NCBI GenBank assembly: GCA_965153455.1
Contig: OZ234494.1
Span: forward strand, 9,672,001 to 9,736,000
Direction of reading: 5' to 3'
DNA: 64,000 bases
Source of the DNA: Sphagnum compactum
Taxonomy: Eukaryota
How positions within the stretch are numbered: position 1 is the first letter of the stretch; every line of letters begins with the position of its first letter. The position numbers and the translations under genes are program-made. This document shows, in pieces, positions 14,564 to 27,125 of the stretch. The notes under the pieces were generated by a model that saw only the letters and a list, made by a program, of their open reading frames with translations, made no database searches and was not told where the DNA came from.

Positions 14564-17500
14564 CACTAGAAGAAAAACATGTATTTTCGATTAGTCTTTG
14601 TGACTAAATTTTAGTTGCAATAAACATTTTCCAACTAAAATCCCTTAGTCGCCTAAGAGAAGTCGCATGTGATAAATTAGTCGCAAATGACAAAGGGTAT
14701 TGTATGAAAGAAAAAGTCAACAAATACATTTCATCCTTTGACTCCATTGTATATGTATTGTCACATGCGACTAAGATACAACTATTTTGGTCACAATTGA
14801 GGGCAAATGATGTGTTGCCACGTGTCATAATATTTGATTATTTAAAATATTATAATAATTAATATTTTGAAATAATCTAGGACGTTCAATTCAAATACTT
14901 GGATGATCTTATATTATGACACGTGGCCCAACGTAAGTATGCCACATGGCATTAAATTTTTTTAATAAAAATATTAATATTAGATTGGTAGGTATTTGGG
15001 TAAGTACATAAATAGGTGCCTACAAACCTAGGCTACATACCAACCTACCTACTTCGGTTTAAAAATAGGTAGGTAGGTTTTACGTTCCTAGATTAAATAC
15101 CTATTCATATAGGTAGGTACTTAGGTAGGTAAGTACATAGGTCAACCTAGGTGGGTAGGTCAAACTAGGTACCTACCTAGCTAGGTATATTAGTAGGTTG
15201 GGAAGGTAAATATTTTAGAAATGTGCATAATTTGTGTTTTTGTTTTAGGTTGAGCTTTTTGATTAGCTCATCCCATGTGCACAAATTTCTTAATGTGAAA
15301 TTGGATGACCACACCCTCTTGTTTATATAATGTTCAAAATAGGATTGAAAAACAAACAATATGGGATAAGTTTTGAACTTCCTCACAAACTAAGTTGTAA
15401 TTCCAAAACTTTCTTCATGCCTTACTTTCTTAGTTTTTAGATTTCTAAACAATTCAAGTACTAAATAACTAGATAATCATTTAATTAATAATGATTAAAT
15501 TTACATATATTTAAATTATAAATTATACACTACAAATATTCAATATTCGTTATCAATTACTTAAATAAGTAATAACTTCTCAATATTTAACAAACTAGCT
15601 ATCTAGTTACTCACAAATTAATAATACATAACTCATAAATAATTAAATAAATAAAATATTTTTAAATATTTTATTATTTTTAGAATCTGTTTGAATTATA
15701 TATAATATAATTAATGTAAAAATATTTTAAATACTTAAGTTAAAATTATAAATAATGAATTAACAATTGCTATTAGAAAGTAACAAATGTTTTTAAAATT
15801 ATTATTCAACTAATTACATTACTTATTTTATAATTACATTTATTGTTGTAAAAGTTATTATAGGTCAAGTAATTTTTTTCTCTTGGTAATTGTTAACTAT
15901 AAATACAATAATTTGTTAAACACAAAATTAATTTTCATAATTACTGTAAAATTACTATAAAATATTTATCGTAAATGATTAATCACAGAATTAAAAAATA
16001 TATATTATAGAATAACTTGTGAAATTAAAATCAATAAAATAATTATTTTAACTACATGTAATTTTTCCAAATTTTTAATTCAGGTTTGAAGTTATAAATT
16101 ACATGTTCAATTAGAAATAATTATGCACATACTAATTAATTCTTATCTGAAATAATTACAATGATTTTAAAGTAATGTCACAATAATTATATTAATTAAT
16201 TCATTCTTATATAAGAATACAGATTATATCTCATACAAATATATATTATCACAATAATTATTTAGTGTAACTTAGATTTAATAAACATAATCATTTATAA
16301 TTATTTATAAAAGTGATTTAGTATGGATAACACTAGTAGGAAAAACCCTTAAAACTCAATCAATAGTTTTTTGAGTTAAAATACAAATTTAAGATTCGAA
16401 CATAATAATTCAGAATTCAAATTTCAATTTTTAGATCAAATAAGTATTTTGAAGTTAAATAACAAAATTTCAGAATTGGAATTTCAATTTTTAGATTCAA
16501 ATTATAATATTCAAAATTGAAATGTCCATTTGAAGACACAATTAACAATCTTCTGAATTGAAATATTAATTTCGAAACTCCAAAATAATAATTTAGAATT
16601 CAAATTTCAACTTTCAAGTCAAATAATTTCTTAAAATTGAAATTTTAAACTTCAGAATTAAAATATCAAATTTCAAGTCCAAATAAAAATATTTTAAAAC
16701 AAAATGTCAGTTTTCAGACTCAATAAAGTTTTTTGAATCGAAATACTAATTTTTGGAATCGAAAATAATAATTTAGAATTCAAATATCAATTTTTAGATC
16801 AAATAAGTTTTTTGAATTTAAATAAAAATTACCAGAATTGAAATGTCAATTTTCAGATTCAAATCACAATATTCAAAATTGAAATGTCCATTTCAAGATT
16901 CAATTAACAATTTTCTGAATTGAAATATGATTTTAAAAAATCCAGAATAATAATTTGGAATTCAAATTTGAACTTTGTTGTCAAATAATTTCTTAAAATT
17001 GAACTTTTAAACTTCAGAATTCAAATATCAAATTTCAAGTCCAAATAAAAATATTTTAAATCAAAATGTCAGTTTTTAGACTCAATAAAGTTTTTTGAGT
17101 TGAAATACTAATTTTTAGATTCGAAAATAATAATTTAGAATTCAAATATCAATGTTTTAGATCAAATAAGTTTTTTAAATTTAAATAACAATTGCCAAAA
17201 TTTGAAATGTCAGTTTTCAGATTAGAATAACAAAAGTGAAAATTGAAATGTCCATTTTAAAACTCAATTAATAATTTTTCATAGTTGATGTATTAATTTT
17301 GAGAATCCAAAATAATAATTTGCAATTGAAATTTCAGGTTCAAATCAAAGATTTAAAATTTAGATTCATAATTCTTAGAGTCGAAATATAAATTTTCATA
17401 TTCATATAAAAATATTCAAAATTAAAATGTCCATTTTTATAATCAATTAATAGTTTTCTGAATTGAAATACTAATTTTTGGATTGAAAAATAATAATTTA

Positions 17501-18093
17501 GAATTCAAATATCAATTTTTAGATCAAATAAGCCTTTTTGAATTTAAATTGAAAATATGAATTTCAAATCAAAAATTTGAAATTCAAATAATGTTTTAAA
17601 CATTTGAAATAATAATTTTCAGATTGAAATATCAAGTTTCAAATTCTAATATATTTTTTAAAAATTAAAATAATAGTTTTCAAAATTGAAATATCAATTT
17701 TCAGATGTATAAAAAATTCAAAATTCAAATATTAATTTTGAGATTCATTATATAAACAATATACATACGTATGCATATGATATATATATAATTTTAGTAC
17801 ATACACTAAAATACATCCCTATGTCATTATAGAATATTTTTAGGATGCAACTAATTTGATGACTATTGCGACTAATAGGACATATCAACCTATTAATGGA
17901 TGAAAATAAATGTAAAATTGATCCAACCAATAGGATGAAATTTTCTAATAGTTGCATTAGAGTTGTGAAAATGATCAAAATAGTTGAAATATGGTCTTAT
18001 AGTTGTAAATGTTCCCAAATCTAGTCACAAACGATTACAAGTCGCATGTAATTATAAATGGAGTGGTTACATTTTAGATGATTTCTACTAGTG
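14564..18093. mobile_element. Non-autonomous CACTA (En/Spm) DNA transposon, 3.53 kb
   Basis: Termini CACTAGAAGAAA...TTTCTACTAGTG; 3-bp TSD ATG (14561-14563 and 18094-18096); subterminal agtcgca/tgcgact motifs; AT-rich noncoding interior. Confidence 0.9.
16340..17750. repeat. AT-rich tandem array, about 363-bp period, roughly 4 diverged copies built from short sub-repeats, inside the CACTA element
   Basis: ttagatcaaataag recurs at 16431, 16794, 17157 and 17519. Confidence 0.85.
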
Positions 18094-20613
18094 ATGAATG
18101 TCCATTTATTGAAGATAATTTGAGGCAAGGATTTGCTGAGCATTTCTAGAATTTGAATCCGGAACCTGTAAGTTCTTTTGTGTCACCAAGTGGCAAAAAT
18201 GCCCAAAACTAACACAAGTTCAAATAGGGATGACTTGTTTGTGTTGGAATGTATAAGTAAATTAAATGGAAAACGTGGATATAATATAAGTAGACCAGGT
18301 TGCTTTTCACCCTATTTGCAGTTGTTTTGTAGGGCTGACATTAACACTTCACATAATGTAAGTGCTCAACCATATAGGATAAACCGGCCCATCATTGATT
18401 GTCTGCCTATGACCGAACACTTTGGTAGATTTTTTCAATTCTTTTCCATTTTGAGTGATTTAAAAGGTTATAGGAACACCTTTTCAAGCTTTTACATATC
18501 ATTTGAAATTGAGCCTTGACAAATTGAGCGTTGAGTGATTTGTAGCCTTGACAAATTGAGCCTTGAGTGATTTGAAATGTTATAGGAGCACCTTCTCAAG
18601 CTCTACAAATCATCTTTGAACTCTAATAGCAACAAAGCAACATACAAGGAATTTTTTAGGTGTTCAAGAATTAGCCTTTGTAACATTTGGTGGTTTTTTT
18701 TTTTGAGTTTTTGACCCCCTCGACTTAGAGGGCCGTAACTTTCTCACCAATAAGAGGAGTTCAAGTTTTGTTTAGACACCATAAATAACGAAGCACTCCC
18801 CTTGGATGCGGCCTGCCCTGAAAATCACCGACTGGTTTACCCTATCTGCACAACACTGGTTCCAACCCTCCAAACCAGGTAACCACCTGCCACTAGTTCG
18901 AATATCCCATGAAGAACAAAGCCATTACAAGATGAGCTTCTTGTTCTGTAGAGCAATTGTGAGGCACAATATTGTTCAGTTTGGGGCAGTGCCCATCATG
19001 GGCATTACATTCCTAAGGTCCCTTGACAGGCAGATTTTACTATTTATTACCAATTTGAATAGGTTTTTATCAATGTTGGGTGGTTATTGATTTCTATGAA
19101 ATGAAAAACCTTTGATTCCAATTCTAAAAACTAAATTAGAACAATCCAGTTCTGGTTCAATAAGGAAATAATTTTCATAAGATCCCCCCTTTATCTACAT
19201 TTTTGGTGTTTAATAGGGGCAAAGTGGAATTGTAATCTTTTTTTCGTGTAGTGGTATGCAGCCTACATATGTACAAGGAAAAATTATTGTTACATATCGA
19301 AATATTCCATGGACATTTTTAATTCCCAAAACAATTGGGTTCTACATTGCAAGCACCTTTAGAATTAGGCTATTAAGGACATAGATGTATTCTCCATTTA
19401 CTCCATTGCAGATGAAATGTTTTGAGCATTATCATGACTAAACTTTACATGGGCAATATTGGCTTATAAAATTTAACATTCATGTTGCTTTTGAACAACT
19501 CAGCATGAAATTGCAGAAAGACATTCACTTTATAAAAGGTTCTAGGCTTTTAGAGGTAACATAACTGAAAAGGCGAAGGTTTGAAAAATTCAATCAACTC
19601 CAGTGGGCCAAGCAGATTCACTCAAACGTACTGGTTATTGAGATGACTACACGCACATTCATGCTTAAATATAACAGTCCAAAAAGTCTTTAAGATGTTA
19701 TAACAAATAAAAACCAAGGATTGCATAAGTATGAAGTATCAACAAAATAAAACTAGTATTGAAATATAAAGTTCAGCTCACATGTTAATTTTATAAAAAA
19801 ATTAACTTGCTTACCTAATGAATAGTTTGACATTATGTTCAAGAATGTTTTTTCCAATTCCAGTTTTTGGTTCTGGATCTAATAAAAAGAAAATTCATGA
19901 TTTTGATGCTTGTACCATGTCCAATTTATAAAAAAAAAGTGCTAGTTCAAATCCAAATCACAAAACCTGACTCTGAAACCCCAAGCTAACATTGCAAACT
20001 GTATACCCTCACAACATTGATACAAACAGCAACAGTTAACATAAGAAATGGTTCAATAAAAAGGTCCCAAAAATGAACTCACAAAATTTCACAAATGACT
20101 CCTGGTGAACATTCTTCCAAATCATAATAATCTCATTAATACGATTATTAAGAGGAAAATCCAGCCAACTGAGAGCAAGCCTTTAAAAACTTGCACCTAG
20201 AAATTCTAGAGAACCAATCAAATATCTAGAATGATGATGCCATAATAATAATGGCTCTTCCCATTATACAAAGTTATTGGCAACTACACAAACCAGCAAC
20301 CACAACAGGTCTGGGAGAGAATGAATCTGAGGAATGGTTTCCAATCAAGCTCGCAGAGACTAATAACCAACCAACGAGTTTCTCACTAACAATAGTTCAG
20401 TGCCCACTCTCACAACACCTGGTGAACATTCTTCAAAATGTGGGACCAAATGCAAATTAGGCTATATCATCATTTTATACTAACTCCCTTACACGGCAGC
20501 CCAGATTTTAATAACGACGGTCTTCATAGGTAGCTATGTACTAGGTACTACCTGCCTAGTAGCAGTACCTATTACCTTGAGCCAAGTGTCCAAGGGACAT
20601 TCGACCAAGTTCG

Positions 20614-21906
20614 TCACAATCCTACTAGATAAGGTCGCAGGGAAGTCGGAGCTTGCAAGATCGGTAACGGACCAGCGAGGACACTCTCCGCGGTGGGAGC
20701 GCCAGGCTCGTCGGCAATAGCTATCATAAGGAGGCCAAGCGGCTCGATTTGGGCAGGGATGGTGACAATGCCAGTGCTGGTGTTGAATGGCACACTGTAG
20801 GTGTTCAATGCATGGAAGAACACGGCGTAGTAGTTGTCGGCCTTCGCCAGCTGATTTCCGGAATTTGACTCTACAATCAGCTCAATCGTCGTCCCCGGTG
20901 CCAGCGTTGACGTTGTGTTGGCGTTGTAGGTCAGTCGAGGCAAGTGTTGGGCACCGATTGGATACGGTGGATTGGCTGGCGGGCAAGATCCGTCTACTAT
21001 GAAGCCGTTTGTGGTGTCAAGGATCTGCGTTGCGTATGGATAGAATGTGTCGACAGGTCCCGCGAAAGGAAGGCCTCCGTACTTTGGCGAACCCCAGATG
21101 TCTTTCAGAAACCAGACCTCGTGGCGTGTCTCCGCCTGCCCAATCACGGCTAGTGCACCCTTGGAGATGTCCAGTTTTACCTGTTCTGTTAGTCCGCTCA
21201 CGAACGCCATGGACGTCAGCTCGACGAACGTTGCAAATGCTAGATACTGTGCCGGGTCTCCCGTCAGACCATAATCGTACCTACGTCGTCAGAAGCAACG
21301 AGATTGCGGTAATTGATGTTAGAAACTACTGATCTGCAGAGCTAAATTCACTTCCCATTTCCACGAATTTCACGTACTGTATTCAATTTGCAAAAAGAAA
21401 AGACACTCACTTGCATGGGCCAGGCACGACAGACGCGTTGGAAATCTGGTCCTGGAAGACGCGTAAATGTCCAGCCTCGTTGTCACGGATTTGAGCGATG
21501 CGATCAAAGGTAGTATTGGGGAAGCCTGCGTTGATGAAGTCGCTGGCGTTGAAGGGCTCCACGCCTTGCTGATACACGTTGTACACCAGCCACAGCAAGG
21601 CTTGATCTCACGCTTTCTGGGTGATTGACCCTTAGCTCAAATTCCCGAGCTTTAGAAGGTGAGGTGTTTTCGACGGGTGCAGTATAAGGCCATGATTGCT
21701 ATGCAATGGCACTACTAGAGCACCTCGAAACTATTGCAACCAATTTATTTGCACACACAAAAATAACGAATAGCAACTCCATCACTAATCAAAAGAGTGC
21801 AACTGGTTCTTCACATACCATCGACATGAACGACAACCACAAAGACCATAGCCAGGGCGGCGCACACACACAGGAGATCACTACTCAAAACTCGCAACTT
21901 TACCAT
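20614..21906 (-). pseudogene. Secreted ferritin-like domain protein (Ferritin_2 / Rds1-like, fungal-type), 3 exons, disrupted
   Basis: Exon 1 21819-21906 (MVKLRVLSSDLLCVCAALAMVFVVVVHVD, hydrophobic signal peptide), exon 2 21411-21730, exon 3 20614-21280; GT-AG introns 21731-21818 and 21281-21410. Motifs QGVEPFNASDFINAGFPNTTFDRIAQIRDNEAGH, PGPCKYDYG, FVELTSMAF, IGQAETRH, FAGPVDTFYPYATQILD, GSCPPANPPYP. In-frame TAG at 21699-21701 and a frameshift near 21595. Confidence 0.8.
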
Positions 21907-22599
21907 CTCGTCTAATTAGTAGTATATATATCTCGAAACAAGTGATGAGCTGCGAGTGTCAGCCACGTTGGTAAAAGCTGGATCGACAACTGATTCTGCA
22001 ACCTCGATCGACAAGCTGCTGCAGATCGCTAAGCAGCGACTAGATATATGTATACTATAAACTGCCAAGTTCTGTTGGGTGCAAATGCCGCAGTGCAAAC
22101 ATGATCTTAGAATGCATATGTAATGACTTCGCATCAACTCGGCGTATTTATAATCAAACGTCCAGACTCCAGCTATCAGAGATTCTAAGAGTTTGATTAG
22201 TCTCAGCTGATCTCCATTTCCACTCAACTGCGCAGGATGTCGCTTGGAAATTGTTGGAGCGTACGTGGCGTCTCGCTGTTTCAAAGGATGGATTGAAACA
22301 AAGTCCGCGATATCGCTCAGTTTGATGGAGTCTCGGTCTCTCTGGAAACGCAGCAGCAGCGCAGCGCAATTCACGTGACTTCTTCCACGTTCCTTCCTTC
22401 CTTCCTTCCTTCCTCATGGACAGCGAGACTTGGGCAAGGTGACAAAGACCCTAGTGTCACAAGTGACGATTGATTTCAGAGACATATGTTTATGCTCCCC
22501 AAAACACCACTTACCACCGTCCCTCCCAAAAAATAAAGAAAAGAAAAGAAGAAAAAAAGCAAACACTGGGTCTGATCTATTGGGTACAGGCATTAGAAG

Positions 22600-25500
22600 A
22601 CAAGGTTTATGTAGAAACCTATTACTATCATAACTAGAATGATACTCAAGTGGATGAGACACCAGCAAAAATACAAGTTCAAAATCTTCAAATAGTAGGT
22701 TAGACTTTGACTGAAAAACAACAACTTGTTAAACTGAATCTTGGCATAGAGGCAAATCCACAATACATCAAGGTTAATTCACAATTGACAAAGGAGAAGA
22801 TTGAGGAACTTTAGATGCTACTTAAAGAGTTCAAGGATGTGTTTGCCTAGACTTACAAAGATTTAAAAGACATACCTCCAAAATTGGCTCACCATAGAAT
22901 TGTGTTAGATACTTCAATTCCACCAGTGCATCAAACAAGGTGTAGATTGAACCTTAATTATGTTGCAGTTGTCAAACAAGACATTGACAAACTATTAGCA
23001 GCTGGATTTATTCAACCGGTAGAGGAGGTTACATGGTTATCACCCATAATGGTAGTGCTTAAGAAGAATGGTAAATTGAGAATTTGTGTGGATTTTAGGA
23101 AGCTCAATAAGGCAACCAAAAAAAATCCTTATCCTTTGCCATTTTCTAATGAAGTATTGAACACTATAATAGGGTATGAAGCCTACTCAATTCTAGATGG
23201 ATATTCAAAATACCATCATATTTTTATAACCCCTAAGGATAGACACAAAATAACTTTTGTAATAGATTAGGGAGCTTTTGTTTGGATGGTGATGCCATTT
23301 GGTGTCAAAATGGGCCACCAACTTTCCAAAAAGCAGTTAACAAAGCCTTTAGAGAATATTTAGACTAGTTCATGAAGATATTTTTAGACAACTTCACAAC
23401 TTATAGTGATATGCAAAGTCATTTGATGAAGTTTAGTCTTTGTTTTCAGAAGTGCAAAGAATATAGAATTAGTTTTTAACCCAGAAAAATGTGCCTTTAT
23501 GTTATTTTCAAGACTAATTTTAGGGTTCATAGTTTCCAAGGAAGGAAAAATACCAAACCCTAAAAAAGTTCAGGCAATATTGAACATGCCAGTACCTACC
23601 AATCCACAATAGATTCAGGTTTTTAATGGTATGGCTCAATTTTATCAAGAATTAATTTGCCTTTATCATGGCACCAATCACCAAGTTGATGAAAAAAACA
23701 GAACCTTTTATCTAGACCATAAAATGTTAAGAAGCTTGGGATCAGATCAAGTAGAAGTACATAAAAAACATCGTTTCTAATACCTCCAAATTGGTAGTTG
23801 GAGTTTCATGTGCTTACAAATGCATCATTGTTGGTAGTAGGTGTAATGTTGGCATAGAATCCAATTAGTAAGTATGACCAGCCTATAGTATATGCTTCTA
23901 AATTTTTCAATAAGGCAAAACATAATTATACTACTACAGAAAGAGAAGCTTTAGCAATGGTTTATGCTTTGCATAAGTTTAAACATTTTTTATCGAGAAA
24001 CAAATTTGTTTTTTATGTAGACCATAAGGCTACAGTGTACTTGGTCAACAAACCATAGGTGTCAAGAAGGATAGCAAGATGGTTGTTCTTATTCTTGGAG
24101 TATGAGTTCACAATATTTTACAAACTTGGTAAAACATGTGGTTGCTGATGTTTTATCTAGATTTCTAGACAGTTTAGAACCATTGGGTGTCCCAGATTAG
24201 ACTCTGGATGCATCATTATTTTTGTAAAACCTATATGAATGCAAGAAGTAAAAACCTATTTAGAGAAAGGTCAGATGCCAGAAACTTTGAATGTAGCTCA
24301 GAAATAGAAGTTAGCTAGAAAGGCAGAACCTTTCATTTTGAAACAGAGAATTATGTACATAATGGGACAAGACAACAGAATGCGTAGATGTTTGACCACC
24401 TCAAAAGCATAGATTGTTCTGAAGGAGCTACATGGAAGAATGGTTGGACGACATTTTGCTACAGATATCACTGCAAAGAAAACATTATATGCAAGATATT
24501 GGTGGCCAACTTTATTTAAGGATGCTCATGACTTTTGCAAAAGTTGTGATAGTTGTTAGAAAATTGGAGGATTCAAAACAAAGAGTTTGGCCAAGTTGGT
24601 AACAACACTTCTAAAGGAACACTTTATAAAGTGGGGTCTAGATTTTATAGGTCCAATCAAACCAGCATGAAGACTAACAAAAAACAAATACAGTTTGGTA
24701 GCTACATATTATGCAACCAAGTGGGTAGAGGCAAAGGCATTCAGAACCAATATTGCAGTAGTTATAGCCAAATTTCTATATGAGTATATTTTGACTAGAT
24801 TTGGATGTCCATTGACCATAATTATAGATCAAGGAATACATTTCATCAATGACACAATAAAACATCTAACAAAACAGTTTCTGTTGAAGCATGTTAGTTC
24901 TACTACATATTATCCACAGGGAAATGAACAAGTACAATCTACCAACAAAATCATTAATAGACTATTAACCAAGTTGGTTAATGAGAAAAGAACAGACTAG
25001 GATGGACATCTATCTATAGTTTTGTTTTCATATATGACTGCTTACAAGGTGGCAATAGGTGATACACCCTACCAATTAATTTATGTTTTGCATCTTTTAT
25101 TGCTAACAAAATAGGTTGTGTTGGTTATTAGTGGGGACCACAGAGATGCAAAACCAACCAGAGTGTTAACAGCCACCAAAATTGGAAAAAATATAAGAGA
25201 ATATATTAGAAGTTCAAAACAATGCGGGAGCCAACCAATGGAATAGATATCTATGGAGTCAATAGAAAAGTACTAAAAAGAAGTTCCAATTTGGAGATTA
25301 TGTCTTATGGTTTCCCAAAGGAAAAATAACACATCTAGGCAAATTCAAGAAAAGATGGTTTGGTCCATTAAGGTTACAATATTGCTTACCCAATAATACT
25401 GTTCTTCTTGTTTTATTAATAATTTTGAACCAAACCCAATATTGGTCAATGTTAATAAGTTGAAACCATATACATATGTGGATTAAACATTGAAGGGAAT
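22600..25500 (+). mobile_element. Decayed Ty3/Gypsy (non-chromovirus) pol: RT, RNase H, integrase
   Basis: WLSPIMVVLKKNGKLRICVDFRKLNKAT, MPFGVK, NYTTTEREALAMVYAL, YWWPTLFKDAHDFC, WGLDFIGP, TKWVEAKA, YYPQGNEQVQSTNK, WFGPLR; numerous stops and frameshifts; boundaries approximate. Confidence 0.9.
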
Positions 25501-25734
25501 TCAAAGTTGAATTCAAAATTCAACAGAGGATCAAAAGTCTTTACAATCCATAGATGAAAACCACATGAAAGAAACATTTGATGAAGATTTAGAAGATCAA
25601 AGAGAAATAGAAACCATTGGGACTAATTAGACAGTAGTATTAGAAAAAGCCCTAGTAAATTTGATAAGCCAGCAGGTCATCAACAAATATCCAAACCATG
25701 GTTAAACAGTTTCACATTTATTGGATTGTGGGGT

Positions 25735-27125
25735 AAAATGCATGATCCCAAGCTCTCGTACTATAATGGCTGCCATTACTGACATAGATGCGCCAGTGTC
25801 CACAAGTCCTTCAATCATCCCATTGTTGATTTCCACAGGTAAGTGCATGGTTTTACCTTTGTAATTCTTGTTCACAGAAATCCTTCTGACAACAACAATG
25901 TTGTTGACAATAGCAACCTAATTCCTACCAAACTTTTCATCTTTCCTTCTTCTGGCTAGTTTAACCAACCCCTCAAGATATTCCAATTCTCTAGGAATTT
26001 TCATGATTGTTTCCTTGGGGTTAAAGAAATCCGGCCTTCATGAAATGTAGAAGAATTTTGATCTAGCAACAGAATCGGGCACTGCTTCCCTCATCCTGTC
26101 TTTTGCCTCAGCGTACTCAGCTTGTTCAGCAACTCCTTCTGCTTCATTAGCATGTACTGGGAGTCTTCTTTTTGGAATCATGTTTCCAAATGTCAAATGG
26201 TGATTGGCACCACAAATCTTGTTCAATTCATTCAGTGTGGCCTCTTCATCATTTACCAACACCTCAAGGTAATTGGCAATATAGTTAGACGGCTTAGTGT
26301 CTTTCTTCCTCCAACAACGATCCTTTGAATGCCCCATACCATTGCAAAATGAACACCTTATGCCATAGTTCTCAGCCCTATGTCCTCCACCACATTTGCT
26401 GCACTTGGGCCGCATATCATTATGCTTTGGACAAACCACTGCAGTGTGGTCTTTAGCTTGGCATAACTGACACCTAGATGCACTCCTAGAAGAGCTAACA
26501 CTTGCTCCACTCTTACTGCCAGATTCCTTAAAGAAATGTATCAAAGTTTCATTCAACATTAACAACTATTTGTTTATAGATGATTCCCCAATTACATCTT
26601 CATCCTTCTCCTCCCTGAGGGGATCATATGGTGTTTCCCCCAAATCCCCTAGCACCCTCTCTATCTCAGTTGCTGCACTCATCATTTCTTCAATGTCTGT
26701 GTATGTCCTCACCACACAAAGCCTTCTAAGTTCTGGCCTGAGTCGAGCCAGAAACCTTCTTTTCTACTCAACATCACTAATCCTCCCTCTCTGAAAGAGT
26801 TTATCCAACCTTACAAAATACTTTTCAACCCGCTCTCTGGGTTCTTGTTTGATTGCATCAGCTTGACACAAATCTCATCCACATCAACATCACCAAACTT
26901 CTGAACAATTGCAGTCCTTAGTATAGTCCAATCTACTGGTGGTGCATTGAGTTTCTTGAAACACTCCTTAGCTCTGCCACGCAAGTTCAATTTGGCTATC
27001 TTAAACAACTTATCATCATTGAGATCTCTGACTTCAGCTGCCATGGTCAGATGCTCAGCCCAATCGTTTACATCTTCATGGTCCCTGCCCCAATACAGCT
27101 CATCCATACCTTGAGGACTAGTCAT
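25735..27125 (-). mobile_element. Decayed Ty3/Gypsy gag (three CCHC knuckles) plus truncated aspartic protease
   Basis: YWGRDHEDVNDWAE...LNLRGRAKE; CQLCQAKDHTAVVC, CSKCGGGHRAENY, CSFCNGMGHSKDRC; GLVDTGASMSVM near 25775-25810; breaks off at about 25735. Confidence 0.85.

Larger units (their letters stand above)
13700..18170 (+). mobile_element. Decayed retroelement gag-like ORF with CCHC zinc knuckle, split by the CACTA insertion (pieces about 13700-14563 and 18097-18170)
   Basis: Removing the CACTA and one TSD copy gives PLCTYYHQIKHQINECPFIEDN, a degenerate CX2CX4HX4C. Possible LTR end/PBS at ca-tt-TGGTGACC (13465-13476). Many stops; outer boundaries approximate. Confidence 0.6.

Noticed and set aside
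21916-22374. 152-aa minus-strand ORF upstream of the ferritin-like gene
   Set aside because: No ATG start or recognisable motif; more likely promoter sequence with a TATA-like run near 21923-21931
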